A DNA stretch of 64,000 nucleotides from Flavobacteriales bacterium (GTDB taxonomy: Bacteria > Bacteroidota > Bacteroidia > NS11-12g > UBA955), in contig JBEIRK010000001.1 in NCBI GenBank assembly GCA_040376005.1, forward strand, positions 12,150 through 76,149. The letters are read 5' to 3'. Numbering within the stretch: the stretch's first letter is position 1; each line of letters opens with the position of its first letter. Shown here one piece after another: positions 55,881 to 64,000 of this stretch. The notes beneath the pieces are model-generated. The model was not told where the DNA came from. It searched no databases and saw only the letters and a program-made list of their open reading frames with translations. A program made the translations under genes and the position numbers.

Positions 55881-56802
55881 GATCTGCGAAACCTTGCATG
55901 CTGCGGAAGATTCGGCAATTGCCAGGTAATTTAGAGTCATCCAACCCCATGGCTTGGCCTCCAGTAACCCAGAATTGAGCATCAGGAAACAATTTAGCCA
56001 CTGTTTTTACGTAATTTTCAGTGGTGCTATATTTCATAGAATTCGTAATCGAGCAAATCATAATCTCACTGCGATGCACTTTATAAATTTGTGAAATATC
56101 ATCTATAGGCGTGCTCTTTCCTAAGAAAACCACATGTTGTCCATGAGCTCTCAGTAAATAAGAAGCAATAAGTAAGCCTAAATCATGGTTATCCCCATCT
56201 GGAACAAAAAGCAAAAATTTATCAGCGCTTGGTTGAATCATTACACCCAATTGATCGATCGCTACATATAATTTTTGGCGCAGCAAATTGGATACAAAAT
56301 GCTCATGAGCCACATTGATAGAACCGGAAGTCCAAAGGACACCAATGTGATTCAAAAAAGGAAAAACAACATCCTGTATTGTAGCTTCCATACCTGCATT
56401 AAGAATTTGGATGCTTAAAACACGATTAAACTCCTTTTCATCAAAGGAAGTCATGGCCCGACTTAAGGATTGAATGGCATGGTGAAACTCATTACACTTG
56501 TCTTGGTGCTCTTGTGTAAGTTTTTGAATATCCTCTCGGCACATTCCGGCCAGTCTGCTTATTTTAAAACCATGAGAGTTTAACACTGCAATATTCATAA
56601 TATATTTCAGGTCATCCTCTTCATAATATCGAATGTTGGTATCCGTGCGTTTGGGTTCTAGAATGCCGTATCGCTGTTCCCAGATTCTCAGTGTATTGAC
56701 TTTAATGCCGGTGAGGGTTTCAATATCCTTAATAAAATACTTATCCTTGAAATCTTTTTTCGATTTCTTATGTTCCTCATTTATCAGGTTATTCAAACGC
56801 AT
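55840..56802 (-). CDS. MerR-family HTH plus cobalamin-binding domain regulator (CarH/LitR-like light-responsive repressor), 320 aa
   Basis: N-terminal MerR HTH (YFIKDIETLTGIKVNTLRIWEQRYGIL) and a C-terminal B12-binding domain with the DxHxxG motif (GDNHDLGLLI). It is divergent from the epimerase-photolyase pair. Confidence 0.65.
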   Translation of the reverse strand: MRLNNLINEEHKKSKKDFKDKYFIKDIETLTGIKVNTLRIWEQRYGILEPKRTDTNIRYYEEDDLKYIMNIAVLNSHGFKISRLAGMCREDIQKLTQEHQDKCNEFHHAIQSLSRAMTSFDEKEFNRVLSIQILNAGMEATIQDVVFPFLNHIGVLWTSGSINVAHEHFVSNLLRQKLYVAIDQLGVMIQPSADKFLLFVPDGDNHDLGLLIASYLLRAHGQHVVFLGKSTPIDDISQIYKVHRSEIMICSITNSMKYSTTENYVKTVAKLFPDAQFWVTGGQAMGLDDSKLPGNCRIFRSMQGFADLIEARKKLKTGLN

Positions 56803-56807
56803 TACTT

Positions 56808-57719
56808 ATGGCGACAATATTAATTACAGGAGGCAGCGGACTTATCGGCAAGGCCTTACAGGAAGAACTTTCAAGCAGAGGCCACAGCATAAAGTTGCTA
56901 ACTACTAGCTTAACTAACAAATCAAAAAGCAAAATGGCGTTTGATTGGGACATAAAAAATTTCAACATTGATTTAAATGCCTTCGAGAACGTCGATGTAA
57001 TTATACATCTGGCAGGTGCAAATATTGCGGGAAAACGTTGGACAGCCGCGTACAAAGAAGAAATAAAGCAGTCTCGTGTGCGGGGCTTGGACCTACTAAA
57101 AAATGCCCTAGAAAGTTGTGAAAAAAAGCCGACACATTTTATTTCTATGTCGGCAAGTGGGTTTTATGCCGACCCAACCTTGGGTATGGCTAAAGAAACA
57201 GATCCTAAAGGAAATGGATTTCTACCAGATGTTTGCGAAGCGTGGGAAAAGGGAGCCCACAATATACACGCTATGGGCATACCCACTACCCTGTTTCGAT
57301 GTGGCGTTGTGCTGGCATCAAAAGGTGGATTTGCAGAAGCTTTTTTAAAAACCAAGTTTTTGCGGGTAATTCCTACAACAGGTAGTCCCGAAAATCGCAT
57401 TCCATGGGTACACATCGAAGATGTTGTGGGGGCTTTGGCTGAGGCGGCAGAAGGCAAGATTGCAGAAGGAACATACAATCTTAGTGCGCCTGAGGAAGCC
57501 ACACAACAAGATTTTGTACTTGCATTGGATATGGCGTTCCAGCATAAAAGCTTGCACCCTAATGTTCCAGGATTTGTATTAAAAATCATGTTAGGTGAAC
57601 TGTCTGTTTTGGCCTTGTCTGACCAAAGCATGAGTGCGCAAAAACTTCAACAAGCTGGCTATATATTTAAATATCCAACACTTTCGGCAGCGGTAAATAA
57701 TTTATTCAAGAAAAGCTAA
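56808..57719 (+). CDS. TIGR01777/YfcH-family NAD-dependent epimerase-like protein (DUF1731 C-terminus), 303 aa
   Basis: MATILITGGSGLIGKALQEEL is a Rossmann GxxGxxG. Size and C-terminal region fit the SDR-family 'cell division inhibitor SulA-like' TIGR01777 group. Confidence 0.65.
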   Translation: MATILITGGSGLIGKALQEELSSRGHSIKLLTTSLTNKSKSKMAFDWDIKNFNIDLNAFENVDVIIHLAGANIAGKRWTAAYKEEIKQSRVRGLDLLKNALESCEKKPTHFISMSASGFYADPTLGMAKETDPKGNGFLPDVCEAWEKGAHNIHAMGIPTTLFRCGVVLASKGGFAEAFLKTKFLRVIPTTGSPENRIPWVHIEDVVGALAEAAEGKIAEGTYNLSAPEEATQQDFVLALDMAFQHKSLHPNVPGFVLKIMLGELSVLALSDQSMSAQKLQQAGYIFKYPTLSAAVNNLFKKS

Positions 57720-59012
57720 ATGAATCAGGTATATTTTTGGTTTCGGCGCGATTTGCGTTTGGAAGACAACCATGGTTTGTTTCAGGCATTAAGCTCAGGT
57801 AAGCCCTGCATACCTGTTTTTGTATTTGATACCAGTATTTTATCAGAATTGCCCAAAGATGATGCACGTGTAAATTTTATACATCGGCAGATAGCTGCCA
57901 TAAAAAAAAGGCTACAGGAAATGGGCACAGACCTGATTGTAGCTTACAACACACCTGCAGATGCATGGAAAGAAATACTTCAAAAACATGGTATTGGTGA
58001 TGTGTTTTGTAATGAAGATTATGAGCCCTATGCTGCCGAAAGGGATACGAGTATAAACAAGCTTCTTGCCCAGCATGGCGCCCAATTTCATGCGTTTAAA
58101 GACCAAGTAGTGAAGCGTTTTGATGAGAATTTAAAATCCGATGGAAGTCCATATACGGTATTCACACCCTATCATAAAAATTGGTTACATCATTTTCAAT
58201 TATTAGATATCAATCCCTACCCTTCTGAAAATTTGATGGGCAATTTCAAGCCCATGGAAAGTGAGCCCATGATACGCTTAAGCGAAATGGGATTCACACA
58301 ATCAACCTTAAGTATTCCAGAAGCAGATTTAAGTGCGGCAAAGCTCAATAATTATGGAAACACGCGAGACATCCCTTCCATTTCAGGGACAAGCCGCGCG
58401 AGCATTCACTTGCGATTTGGGACAATTTCCATACGACATGCCTACAAAGTGGCCTTAGAACACAGCGAAAAATGGCTGGCGGAGTTGAATTGGCGGGAGT
58501 TTTACATGCAGATTTTGGCCCACTTTCCCAGAATTGTTCACGAGAGCTTTAGACCAATATATGACCGCATCGAGTGGCGCAATAATGCACAAGAGATAGA
58601 GGCTTGGAAGCAGGGCAAAACAGGCTATCCAATGGTGGATGCAGGCATGCGAGAACTAAATGCTACTGGATTTATGCATAACCGGGTGCGCATGGTAGTT
58701 GCCAGCTTTCTCACCAAGCATTTATTGGTAGATTGGCGCATTGGCGAAGCTTATTTTGCGGAGAAATTGCTCGACTTCGAATTGGCAAGCAACAATGGCG
58801 GGTGGCAGTGGGCTGCAGGGAGTGGTGTAGATGCAGCTCCGTATTTCAGGGTATTCAATCCTACATTGCAAGCGCAAAAGTTTGATCCAAAGGCTTTATA
58901 TATTAAAAAATGGGTGCCTGAATTTGGGACATTTTCTTACCAGCAGCCCATTGTTAACCATGAGTTTGCACGGAAAAGGTGCCTAGAAGTTTATACGAAA
59001 GCGTTAAAGTAA
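57720..59012 (+). CDS. Deoxyribodipyrimidine photolyase / cryptochrome-family FAD protein, 430 aa
   Basis: The N-terminal YFWFRRDLRLEDNHGL is the photolyase alpha/beta domain. The FAD-binding domain has ...WREFY...GYPMVDAGMREL..TGFMHNRVRMVVASFL...GGWQW. Confidence 0.85.
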   Translation: MNQVYFWFRRDLRLEDNHGLFQALSSGKPCIPVFVFDTSILSELPKDDARVNFIHRQIAAIKKRLQEMGTDLIVAYNTPADAWKEILQKHGIGDVFCNEDYEPYAAERDTSINKLLAQHGAQFHAFKDQVVKRFDENLKSDGSPYTVFTPYHKNWLHHFQLLDINPYPSENLMGNFKPMESEPMIRLSEMGFTQSTLSIPEADLSAAKLNNYGNTRDIPSISGTSRASIHLRFGTISIRHAYKVALEHSEKWLAELNWREFYMQILAHFPRIVHESFRPIYDRIEWRNNAQEIEAWKQGKTGYPMVDAGMRELNATGFMHNRVRMVVASFLTKHLLVDWRIGEAYFAEKLLDFELASNNGGWQWAAGSGVDAAPYFRVFNPTLQAQKFDPKALYIKKWVPEFGTFSYQQPIVNHEFARKRCLEVYTKALK

Positions 59013-59074
59013 AAAAGACGATCATGTTTTTATGCCTATGACCCGCTTTCAAAATCAAAAACACGGATTCCTGA

Positions 59075-59356
59075 AAGTGTCATATTACTCCCCATCAAAC
59101 CAAATCATTAACCCATGCTGATGGTGTTATTCGATATGCCAAGTGCTCAAAAACCAAGTTCTATCCGAATAAGGAGGTTGAAATCCACGGTATCGTATTG
59201 GCTTTATTAAATGGCCGACCCTATGCATTGCTTATGGATAGCAAGGTTGATTTAGCCAAAGCGCCTATCACGCTTTTGCACAACCCAATCATGAATACTG
59301 AGATTCCGGATCTCCCGCCAATAGGCAATAGTATCTACGATGAAGAAAATGAATAG
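59075..59356 (+). pseudogene. Open reading frame of 93 codons with no canonical start until codon 54; possible gene remnant or non-canonical start
   Basis: Frame opens after TGA at 59072-59074 and encodes ...HADGVIRYAKCSKTKFYPNKEVEIHGIVLALLNGRPYALLMDSKVDLAKAPITLLHNPIMNTEIPDLPPIGNSIYDEENE. The first in-frame ATG is at 59234. It sits in an otherwise empty 430-bp gap. Confidence 0.2.
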
Positions 59357-59447
59357 CGTTTTGATGAATCCTTAGGCTAGAAGCCCGCATTTATGCGCAG
59401 TTAGGATTGTTATTATTGCCTTATATAGCCGCGCAGAAGAAATCCTT

Positions 59448-60485
59448 TTACTCCTCGGATTCGAAGAATATCTTATAATATTTACGCCCATCCTCATCGA
59501 TTCCTTTCTCAATGAGATTGCGGTTTCCATGGATATAAATGTGGAAGTTTTTATCCAATTTCAGGACAGATTTAAATATTTTGGCCTGTTTTTTCACCGC
59601 TTTATTGTCAATTTCAAACTCCTGAGATTGAGGCACATCATTGTGCTGACAGAAGTCTTCATCATATTTAATAAAAGAATCAATGATGCGTTCATCTTCA
59701 AAAATGGTTTCTGCAAATTCTTCCTTTACAAAGGTTTCATTTTCCTTGAAATAATCCAGTGAACGGTTGAGTAAATCTGCAGACTCTGCCTTGCTCAGCG
59801 GGAATTCTTCTGGCATTTCTTTGGTAATAAATTCCCGTGTCATTTTTAACACATTTTGTGTAAAATGAAAGGCATTTGCAACGGGGCGTATCCCCAAAAA
59901 CTGATTGCGCCAATAATGGCTATCTAGGGATTTGCCAGAATCGGTTACCAATATTCTATATCCATCTTCACCTTCCATATTGATAATCACACAGGATTTA
60001 TCTGCACTACTTGCGTTGAGACCGGTGGCTTTCGCCAAATCAATCACATTTTCTGCAGACTGGGGCATAAAGACATCCACTGTATTTTCAAATTTGAAAA
60101 TGGCGAGGGCATCGACTTCTTTGTTTTCAAACATGCATCCTGTGAAATACACCAAGCTGAGGTAGCCGCCTTTTAATGAGGGGTTATCCGTTTGGTCTAG
60201 CAAGTGGCGTGCGATATACTCCGACTGCTCATCCAGTTTCTCTGAAGATTCAAAAACGGGTGCAACCCAACGCAACATTGGGTTGTCTTCAATTCCAACT
60301 TGTGAAAAATGATAAATTTCGTCGCTTTTGGTCGCATTGCGAATCAAGAGAGACATGGTTTCCTGCACAGCGGCAGAAGAAAGGTCCATGGGTCCTTTAG
60401 AAAGCAATACGCTTTCTTCAAATGCTTTATTTCCTACAAAATGACAAAATGCCTCTTGGGCGCGGGCAACCGTAAAATCTTTCAT
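59448..60485 (-). CDS. Hypothetical cytoplasmic protein, possibly NA37/NdpA-like nucleoid-associated family, 345 aa
   Basis: Size (~340 aa), no signal peptide and acidic composition. A GGYLSLVYFTGCMFENKEVDALAIFKFE segment is reminiscent of NA37 proteins. Assignment is weak. Confidence 0.25.
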   Translation of the reverse strand: MKDFTVARAQEAFCHFVGNKAFEESVLLSKGPMDLSSAAVQETMSLLIRNATKSDEIYHFSQVGIEDNPMLRWVAPVFESSEKLDEQSEYIARHLLDQTDNPSLKGGYLSLVYFTGCMFENKEVDALAIFKFENTVDVFMPQSAENVIDLAKATGLNASSADKSCVIINMEGEDGYRILVTDSGKSLDSHYWRNQFLGIRPVANAFHFTQNVLKMTREFITKEMPEEFPLSKAESADLLNRSLDYFKENETFVKEEFAETIFEDERIIDSFIKYDEDFCQHNDVPQSQEFEIDNKAVKKQAKIFKSVLKLDKNFHIYIHGNRNLIEKGIDEDGRKYYKIFFESEE

Positions 60486-60541
60486 TTAACACTGCAAGTT
60501 TAGGTATAAAAACAAGGACAGGAAAACCCGAAGAAGGCGAA

Positions 60542-63304
60542 TTATGGATTCACCCACAATTTACCCGAATAGGTATATTGGTCTCCCAACACTTGAATAT
60601 GGTACATACCGGGAGCCCAAGAGCCCAGCTCTAGCGCACCCTTAAGCTGTCCTTTTTCGGTATAGACGCACTTTCCAGTAGCAGTGTACACATGCAATTC
60701 CATAGCGGTATTGGGGTTGCTTGGAAAGGCATAATACACCACATTATTTGCAGGATTTGGATATAAAGCCAAAGGCTTGTGAGCATCCGTCTGTACTGTT
60801 GAATTTGTGAAAACGGGGTTCGACATTCTCACATTGGAATACAAGCGGTACTCCCCTGCCGCCAGTGTAGCAGCAATGGATTTGCTAATCAAACGCATAG
60901 AATCTCCAGTAAATACTTCATACCATAAACCTGTATCTTGGAAGCTTAGGTTGGTATTTACCGACTTCACATCCGTATTGGCGACCGTGACCACGTAATG
61001 CCCTTTATAACTGAGACTGGTTTTTTTAACCGTTCCAGAAAGGTCAAGTACGGCGGTATCAGTATGAAACACGTGGTAGTTATTTCTCAATGCAAACATG
61101 GTCGAATACACACGTTTTAATCGCACGCGTTCAGGAATGGTATTGTAATTCCAACGAATGGGCTTTTCACCCGTGCGGCCATTAAAATCAATATTTACAT
61201 CATACCCGAGTTCCCCAAATTGCCAAATCATTTTTGGGCCTGGAATACTTAAAAAAGTGACTGCTGCCATTTCGCAGCGCTTTAAACCCGTTGCCAGCAC
61301 TTTAGTAGAATAGCTGCCATTTGTATTGCCAAAGGTGAGGTTTTTATACATCATTCTTTCCTCATCGTGGCTTTCCATATAACTCACCAAATTGGGCTTC
61401 GACCAATTGCGTTTTTTGTAGCTAGACCATGAAACATCGGATGCATAGCCCATCGATGCCTGGGCATAATCATAGCTGCTGTTTCCCCAGATATAAAAAC
61501 CCTCAGCTACCAATTCCGTCTCTTCCGCATTGTCTGCAAAATGCTCTAGAATGAGCATTGCATCAGCATCATAGCTTCGGATTGCGTTACGTATACGCTT
61601 CCAGATTGCGATTCGAGAGGCATCGTATTGCGCCATAGCACCTGAATTCCCCAATGTGTTCTTTTGTGTGAAACCTTTAGATAAATCAAAGCGAAATCCA
61701 TCGAAATGAAACTCGGTCAACCAGTGTTTTAGTACCCTGTCTGTATAAGCCCGGGTAGCATCACTTTCATGGTTAAAATCATAACCTACATTAAAGTCGT
61801 GTTTCGCCACAGGGTTCAACCATGGATTGTTATCTTCAGGCCTATTTTGGGTAATATTCCAATAGAGTTGACACAAACTACTCTGACCAAAGGTATGATT
61901 TAACACTACATCATGGAGAACTGCAATGCCACGTGCATGACAGGCATCAATAAATGCTTTGAGTTGATTTTCATTCCCATAATATTTATCCAAGGCCATA
62001 TGATAGGAAATATTATAGCCCCAGCTTGAGTTGCCTTCAAATTCGCTAACGGGCATAAGCTCAATAGCGGTAACTCCCAAATTTTGAAGGTAATCTAGGG
62101 TATCAAGTAAGGTTTCAAACCTATGGTCAGCTATAAAATCGCGCACATGCAGTTCATATATATTGAGCTTATTGGCATCTGTTATTTTAAAATTATCATG
62201 TTTCCATGCAAAAGCAGTCTTGCCAGGATGGATGACAGAAACAATCCCCGTAGTCTTTCCTGCGGGATAGGCGGGTAAATTCGGAAAATCTGATTTCTTC
62301 ACATATTGGTCATTCCAAGGATCTAGGACCAATTCGGAAAGTGGATCTGCGATTTTCAGCAACCCATCTACCGCAAATTGATAGGCATATTGTTTTGCAG
62401 GGGTAAGTTCTGAAACCACCACCCACCAGCGGTTGCCGTCGGGTGTGCGCTTCATAAAATACTTTGGCAACAGTTGCCAATTGCTAAAATCGCCAAAGGC
62501 ATATACAAAGTTTTTGCCAGGGGCATAGAGAGAGAGCAGCACAGAGGTGTCGGAAAGATAATTCACCCCTTCTTGCATTCCCGCAGGCATGGCTTCAGTT
62601 ACTACGTCTGAATTCACTACCAATGTCAAGGTATCCGACGCAGTTTCATTTCCTTGAGTTGCTGTTACCACATATTGGTAAGAACCCGGAGACTTGCCAT
62701 AATAATTGAATTCCCAAGATTGCCCTTTCGTCGAATCCACAAAACTCCCATTTTCAAATAACGACAAATGGGTAGACTCAGAACTTAACATTTGCAATGT
62801 TATCGTGTCCGTCTTATTAAAAACACCGGGAATCGCGGCTGGTGCTGTAAAAGTCACTTTCAAGCCCGGTGGATATAGGTCTATAAAAATATCAGAACCA
62901 TCGGCACTGCGTCCCACTTTATCCCCGGCGCGGTTGCGAAAAACGCAGGCAATTTTGGTGGCCTTTTCAGGCGCACTAATGGAATAGAATGTAGGAATAT
63001 AAATTTTAATGGAATATTTATTGCTTCCCAAATAGGTCATTTTACGCGGCGAATCGTCTGTGCCCCACACGCCCTGCACGTGCTGCCAATTCGTTCCAGA
63101 AGTGCTTAAATTGGTAATTAATCCGGTGTGAATATACACCTCTGGTGGACCTAAATTCACCAAAGCAGCATTGCCTTTTGTGGCGTCAAAAACAAGAGTA
63201 ACCGTGTCATTTTGCGTTGCAAAAACAGGGCTAAGCGTCACTTGTGCGGCAAGTTTAACTGTAAAAATCACCGACAAAATACTAATAAAATATTTCACGC
63301 GCAT
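60542..63304 (-). CDS. Secreted GH13 alpha-amylase-family glycoside hydrolase with a C-terminal T9SS sorting domain, ~920 aa
   Basis: GH13 conserved regions VLHDVVLNHTFGQS, GFRFDLSKGF and LEHFADNAEE. Signal peptide is MRVKYFISILSVIFTVKLAAQ. The C-terminal ~80 aa (...LYPNPANNVVYYAF...GMYHIQVLGDQYTYSGKLWVNP) is a Por_Secre_tail-type CTD. Confidence 0.8.
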   Translation of the reverse strand: MRVKYFISILSVIFTVKLAAQVTLSPVFATQNDTVTLVFDATKGNAALVNLGPPEVYIHTGLITNLSTSGTNWQHVQGVWGTDDSPRKMTYLGSNKYSIKIYIPTFYSISAPEKATKIACVFRNRAGDKVGRSADGSDIFIDLYPPGLKVTFTAPAAIPGVFNKTDTITLQMLSSESTHLSLFENGSFVDSTKGQSWEFNYYGKSPGSYQYVVTATQGNETASDTLTLVVNSDVVTEAMPAGMQEGVNYLSDTSVLLSLYAPGKNFVYAFGDFSNWQLLPKYFMKRTPDGNRWWVVVSELTPAKQYAYQFAVDGLLKIADPLSELVLDPWNDQYVKKSDFPNLPAYPAGKTTGIVSVIHPGKTAFAWKHDNFKITDANKLNIYELHVRDFIADHRFETLLDTLDYLQNLGVTAIELMPVSEFEGNSSWGYNISYHMALDKYYGNENQLKAFIDACHARGIAVLHDVVLNHTFGQSSLCQLYWNITQNRPEDNNPWLNPVAKHDFNVGYDFNHESDATRAYTDRVLKHWLTEFHFDGFRFDLSKGFTQKNTLGNSGAMAQYDASRIAIWKRIRNAIRSYDADAMLILEHFADNAEETELVAEGFYIWGNSSYDYAQASMGYASDVSWSSYKKRNWSKPNLVSYMESHDEERMMYKNLTFGNTNGSYSTKVLATGLKRCEMAAVTFLSIPGPKMIWQFGELGYDVNIDFNGRTGEKPIRWNYNTIPERVRLKRVYSTMFALRNNYHVFHTDTAVLDLSGTVKKTSLSYKGHYVVTVANTDVKSVNTNLSFQDTGLWYEVFTGDSMRLISKSIAATLAAGEYRLYSNVRMSNPVFTNSTVQTDAHKPLALYPNPANNVVYYAFPSNPNTAMELHVYTATGKCVYTEKGQLKGALELGSWAPGMYHIQVLGDQYTYSGKLWVNP

Positions 63305-63375
63305 TGTATACAAATATATAAAAAAAAAGGCAGCTTTCATTCGAAAGCCGCCTCTATATTTGAATCGAAAAAGTG

Positions 63376-64000
63376 TTATTCGAAAATGATTCGAGACACT
63401 GCAGACTGGCCGCCAGCAGTAGAAACACGAACCAAATAGGTACCGCTTGCAGGCTTGCTAATTACACCTGAAGAAATACCTTTAGCGAAGTTGTATTCTG
63501 CTACCATTTTACCGGCAACATCCATAACAACTACGTTATGTGATTGACCCACTTCAGAGAACATGATTGTTGCTTGAGTAGAAGCAGGGTTAGGATAGAT
63601 ACCTTTAACCACTGCATTCGCTTTCTTCACTGAGTTAGAAGGCGTGAATACAGAACAGCTATCATATTTGTAAATTACCAATACGGTGTCTTTGGTAACA
63701 CCAGTAAGGTTCAAGTTACGGTTAAAGCCACCCAAACCATTGTCGCTACCGCAACCAGTGGTTTTGAAATCGCCTTTTTCGCCGTCAGGATCACCACCAC
63801 GGCCGTTGAAGTATTTGTAAGAGAAAGAACCTGGAGAAACGCTGATTTTTAGATCATATACTTCATCAGAGTTTGCATCAGTAAGACGCAAGGTGTCTTT
63901 GCTCCAATTACACAATGATTTGCCGTTCACGCGATCTTGGAAATCACCCGCAACGTACAAACCAGCAGCATTTACAATTGCATCACCCATGTAAATACGG
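63376..64000 (-). CDS. C-terminal part of a T9SS cargo protein (Por secretion-tail CTD); the 5' end lies beyond the window
   Basis: ...GIYPNPASTQATIMFSEVGQSHNVVVMDVAGKMVAEYNFAKGISSGVISKPASGTYLVRVSTAGGQSAVSRIIFE is a typical T9SS C-terminal sorting domain. The ORF is open to the window end. Confidence 0.5.
   Translation of the reverse strand, partial: RIYMGDAIVNAAGLYVAGDFQDRVNGKSLCNWSKDTLRLTDANSDEVYDLKISVSPGSFSYKYFNGRGGDPDGEKGDFKTTGCGSDNGLGGFNRNLNLTGVTKDTVLVIYKYDSCSVFTPSNSVKKANAVVKGIYPNPASTQATIMFSEVGQSHNVVVMDVAGKMVAEYNFAKGISSGVISKPASGTYLVRVSTAGGQSAVSRIIFE

Noticed and set aside
63340-63376. Imperfect hairpin (ggcagctttcattcgaaagccgcc) between the two T9SS cargo genes as a terminator
   Set aside because: The stem has a mismatch and no clear T-tract on the relevant strand. 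Too weak to call.
1-64000. CRISPR arrays, insertion sequences, integrases, phage structural genes
   Set aside because: No direct-repeat/spacer periodicity, and no transposase, integrase or phage-like ORFs were seen. The window looks like core chromosome.

Overview
This 64 kb window looks like a Bacteroidetes chromosomal segment (Flavobacteriia/Cytophagia-like). The evidence is T9SS/gliding genes (porV, porU, a PorP/SprF paralog, gldJ), Bacteroidetes-style TonB proteins with a YGAY motif, a DUF4295 gene next to rpmG, and T9SS C-terminal sorting domains. Gene density is high on both strands, with many 1-4 nt stop/start overlaps. Most of the window is housekeeping genes such as rnpB, tRNA-Gly, gatB, tRNA-Lys, trmH-like, mutS, miaA, bshC-rimO-ftsY, rpmB-rpmG, an ExbB-ExbD-ExbD-TonB-TonB cluster, an ECF sigma/anti-sigma pair and rplS. 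The best candidate for something undescribed is an overlapping operon on the minus strand at 13375-17404. It encodes a 711-aa exported protein with a C-terminal caspase-like His/Cys signature, a thioredoxin-fold CPLC lipoprotein, a PSCyt-like c-type cytochrome (CSPCH) and a ~380-aa domain carrying the copper-ligand signature of PHM/DBH-type monooxygenases (HH, HxHxLG, EMxxxxIxY). The cytochrome c ORF and the monooxygenase-like ORF are separated only by a 9-nt homopolymer, and a -1 change there fuses them in frame. Other oddities are a sigma-70 region-4-like N-terminus fused to a membrane/beta-rich C-terminal domain (39539-41221), a lipoprotein plus outer-membrane beta-barrel gene pair (17911-20914), and a B12/MerR (CarH/LitR-like) regulator next to a photolyase. 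I found no CRISPR arrays, transposases or obvious prophage genes. All calls come from reading the sequence and the supplied ORF track; no database searches were run.
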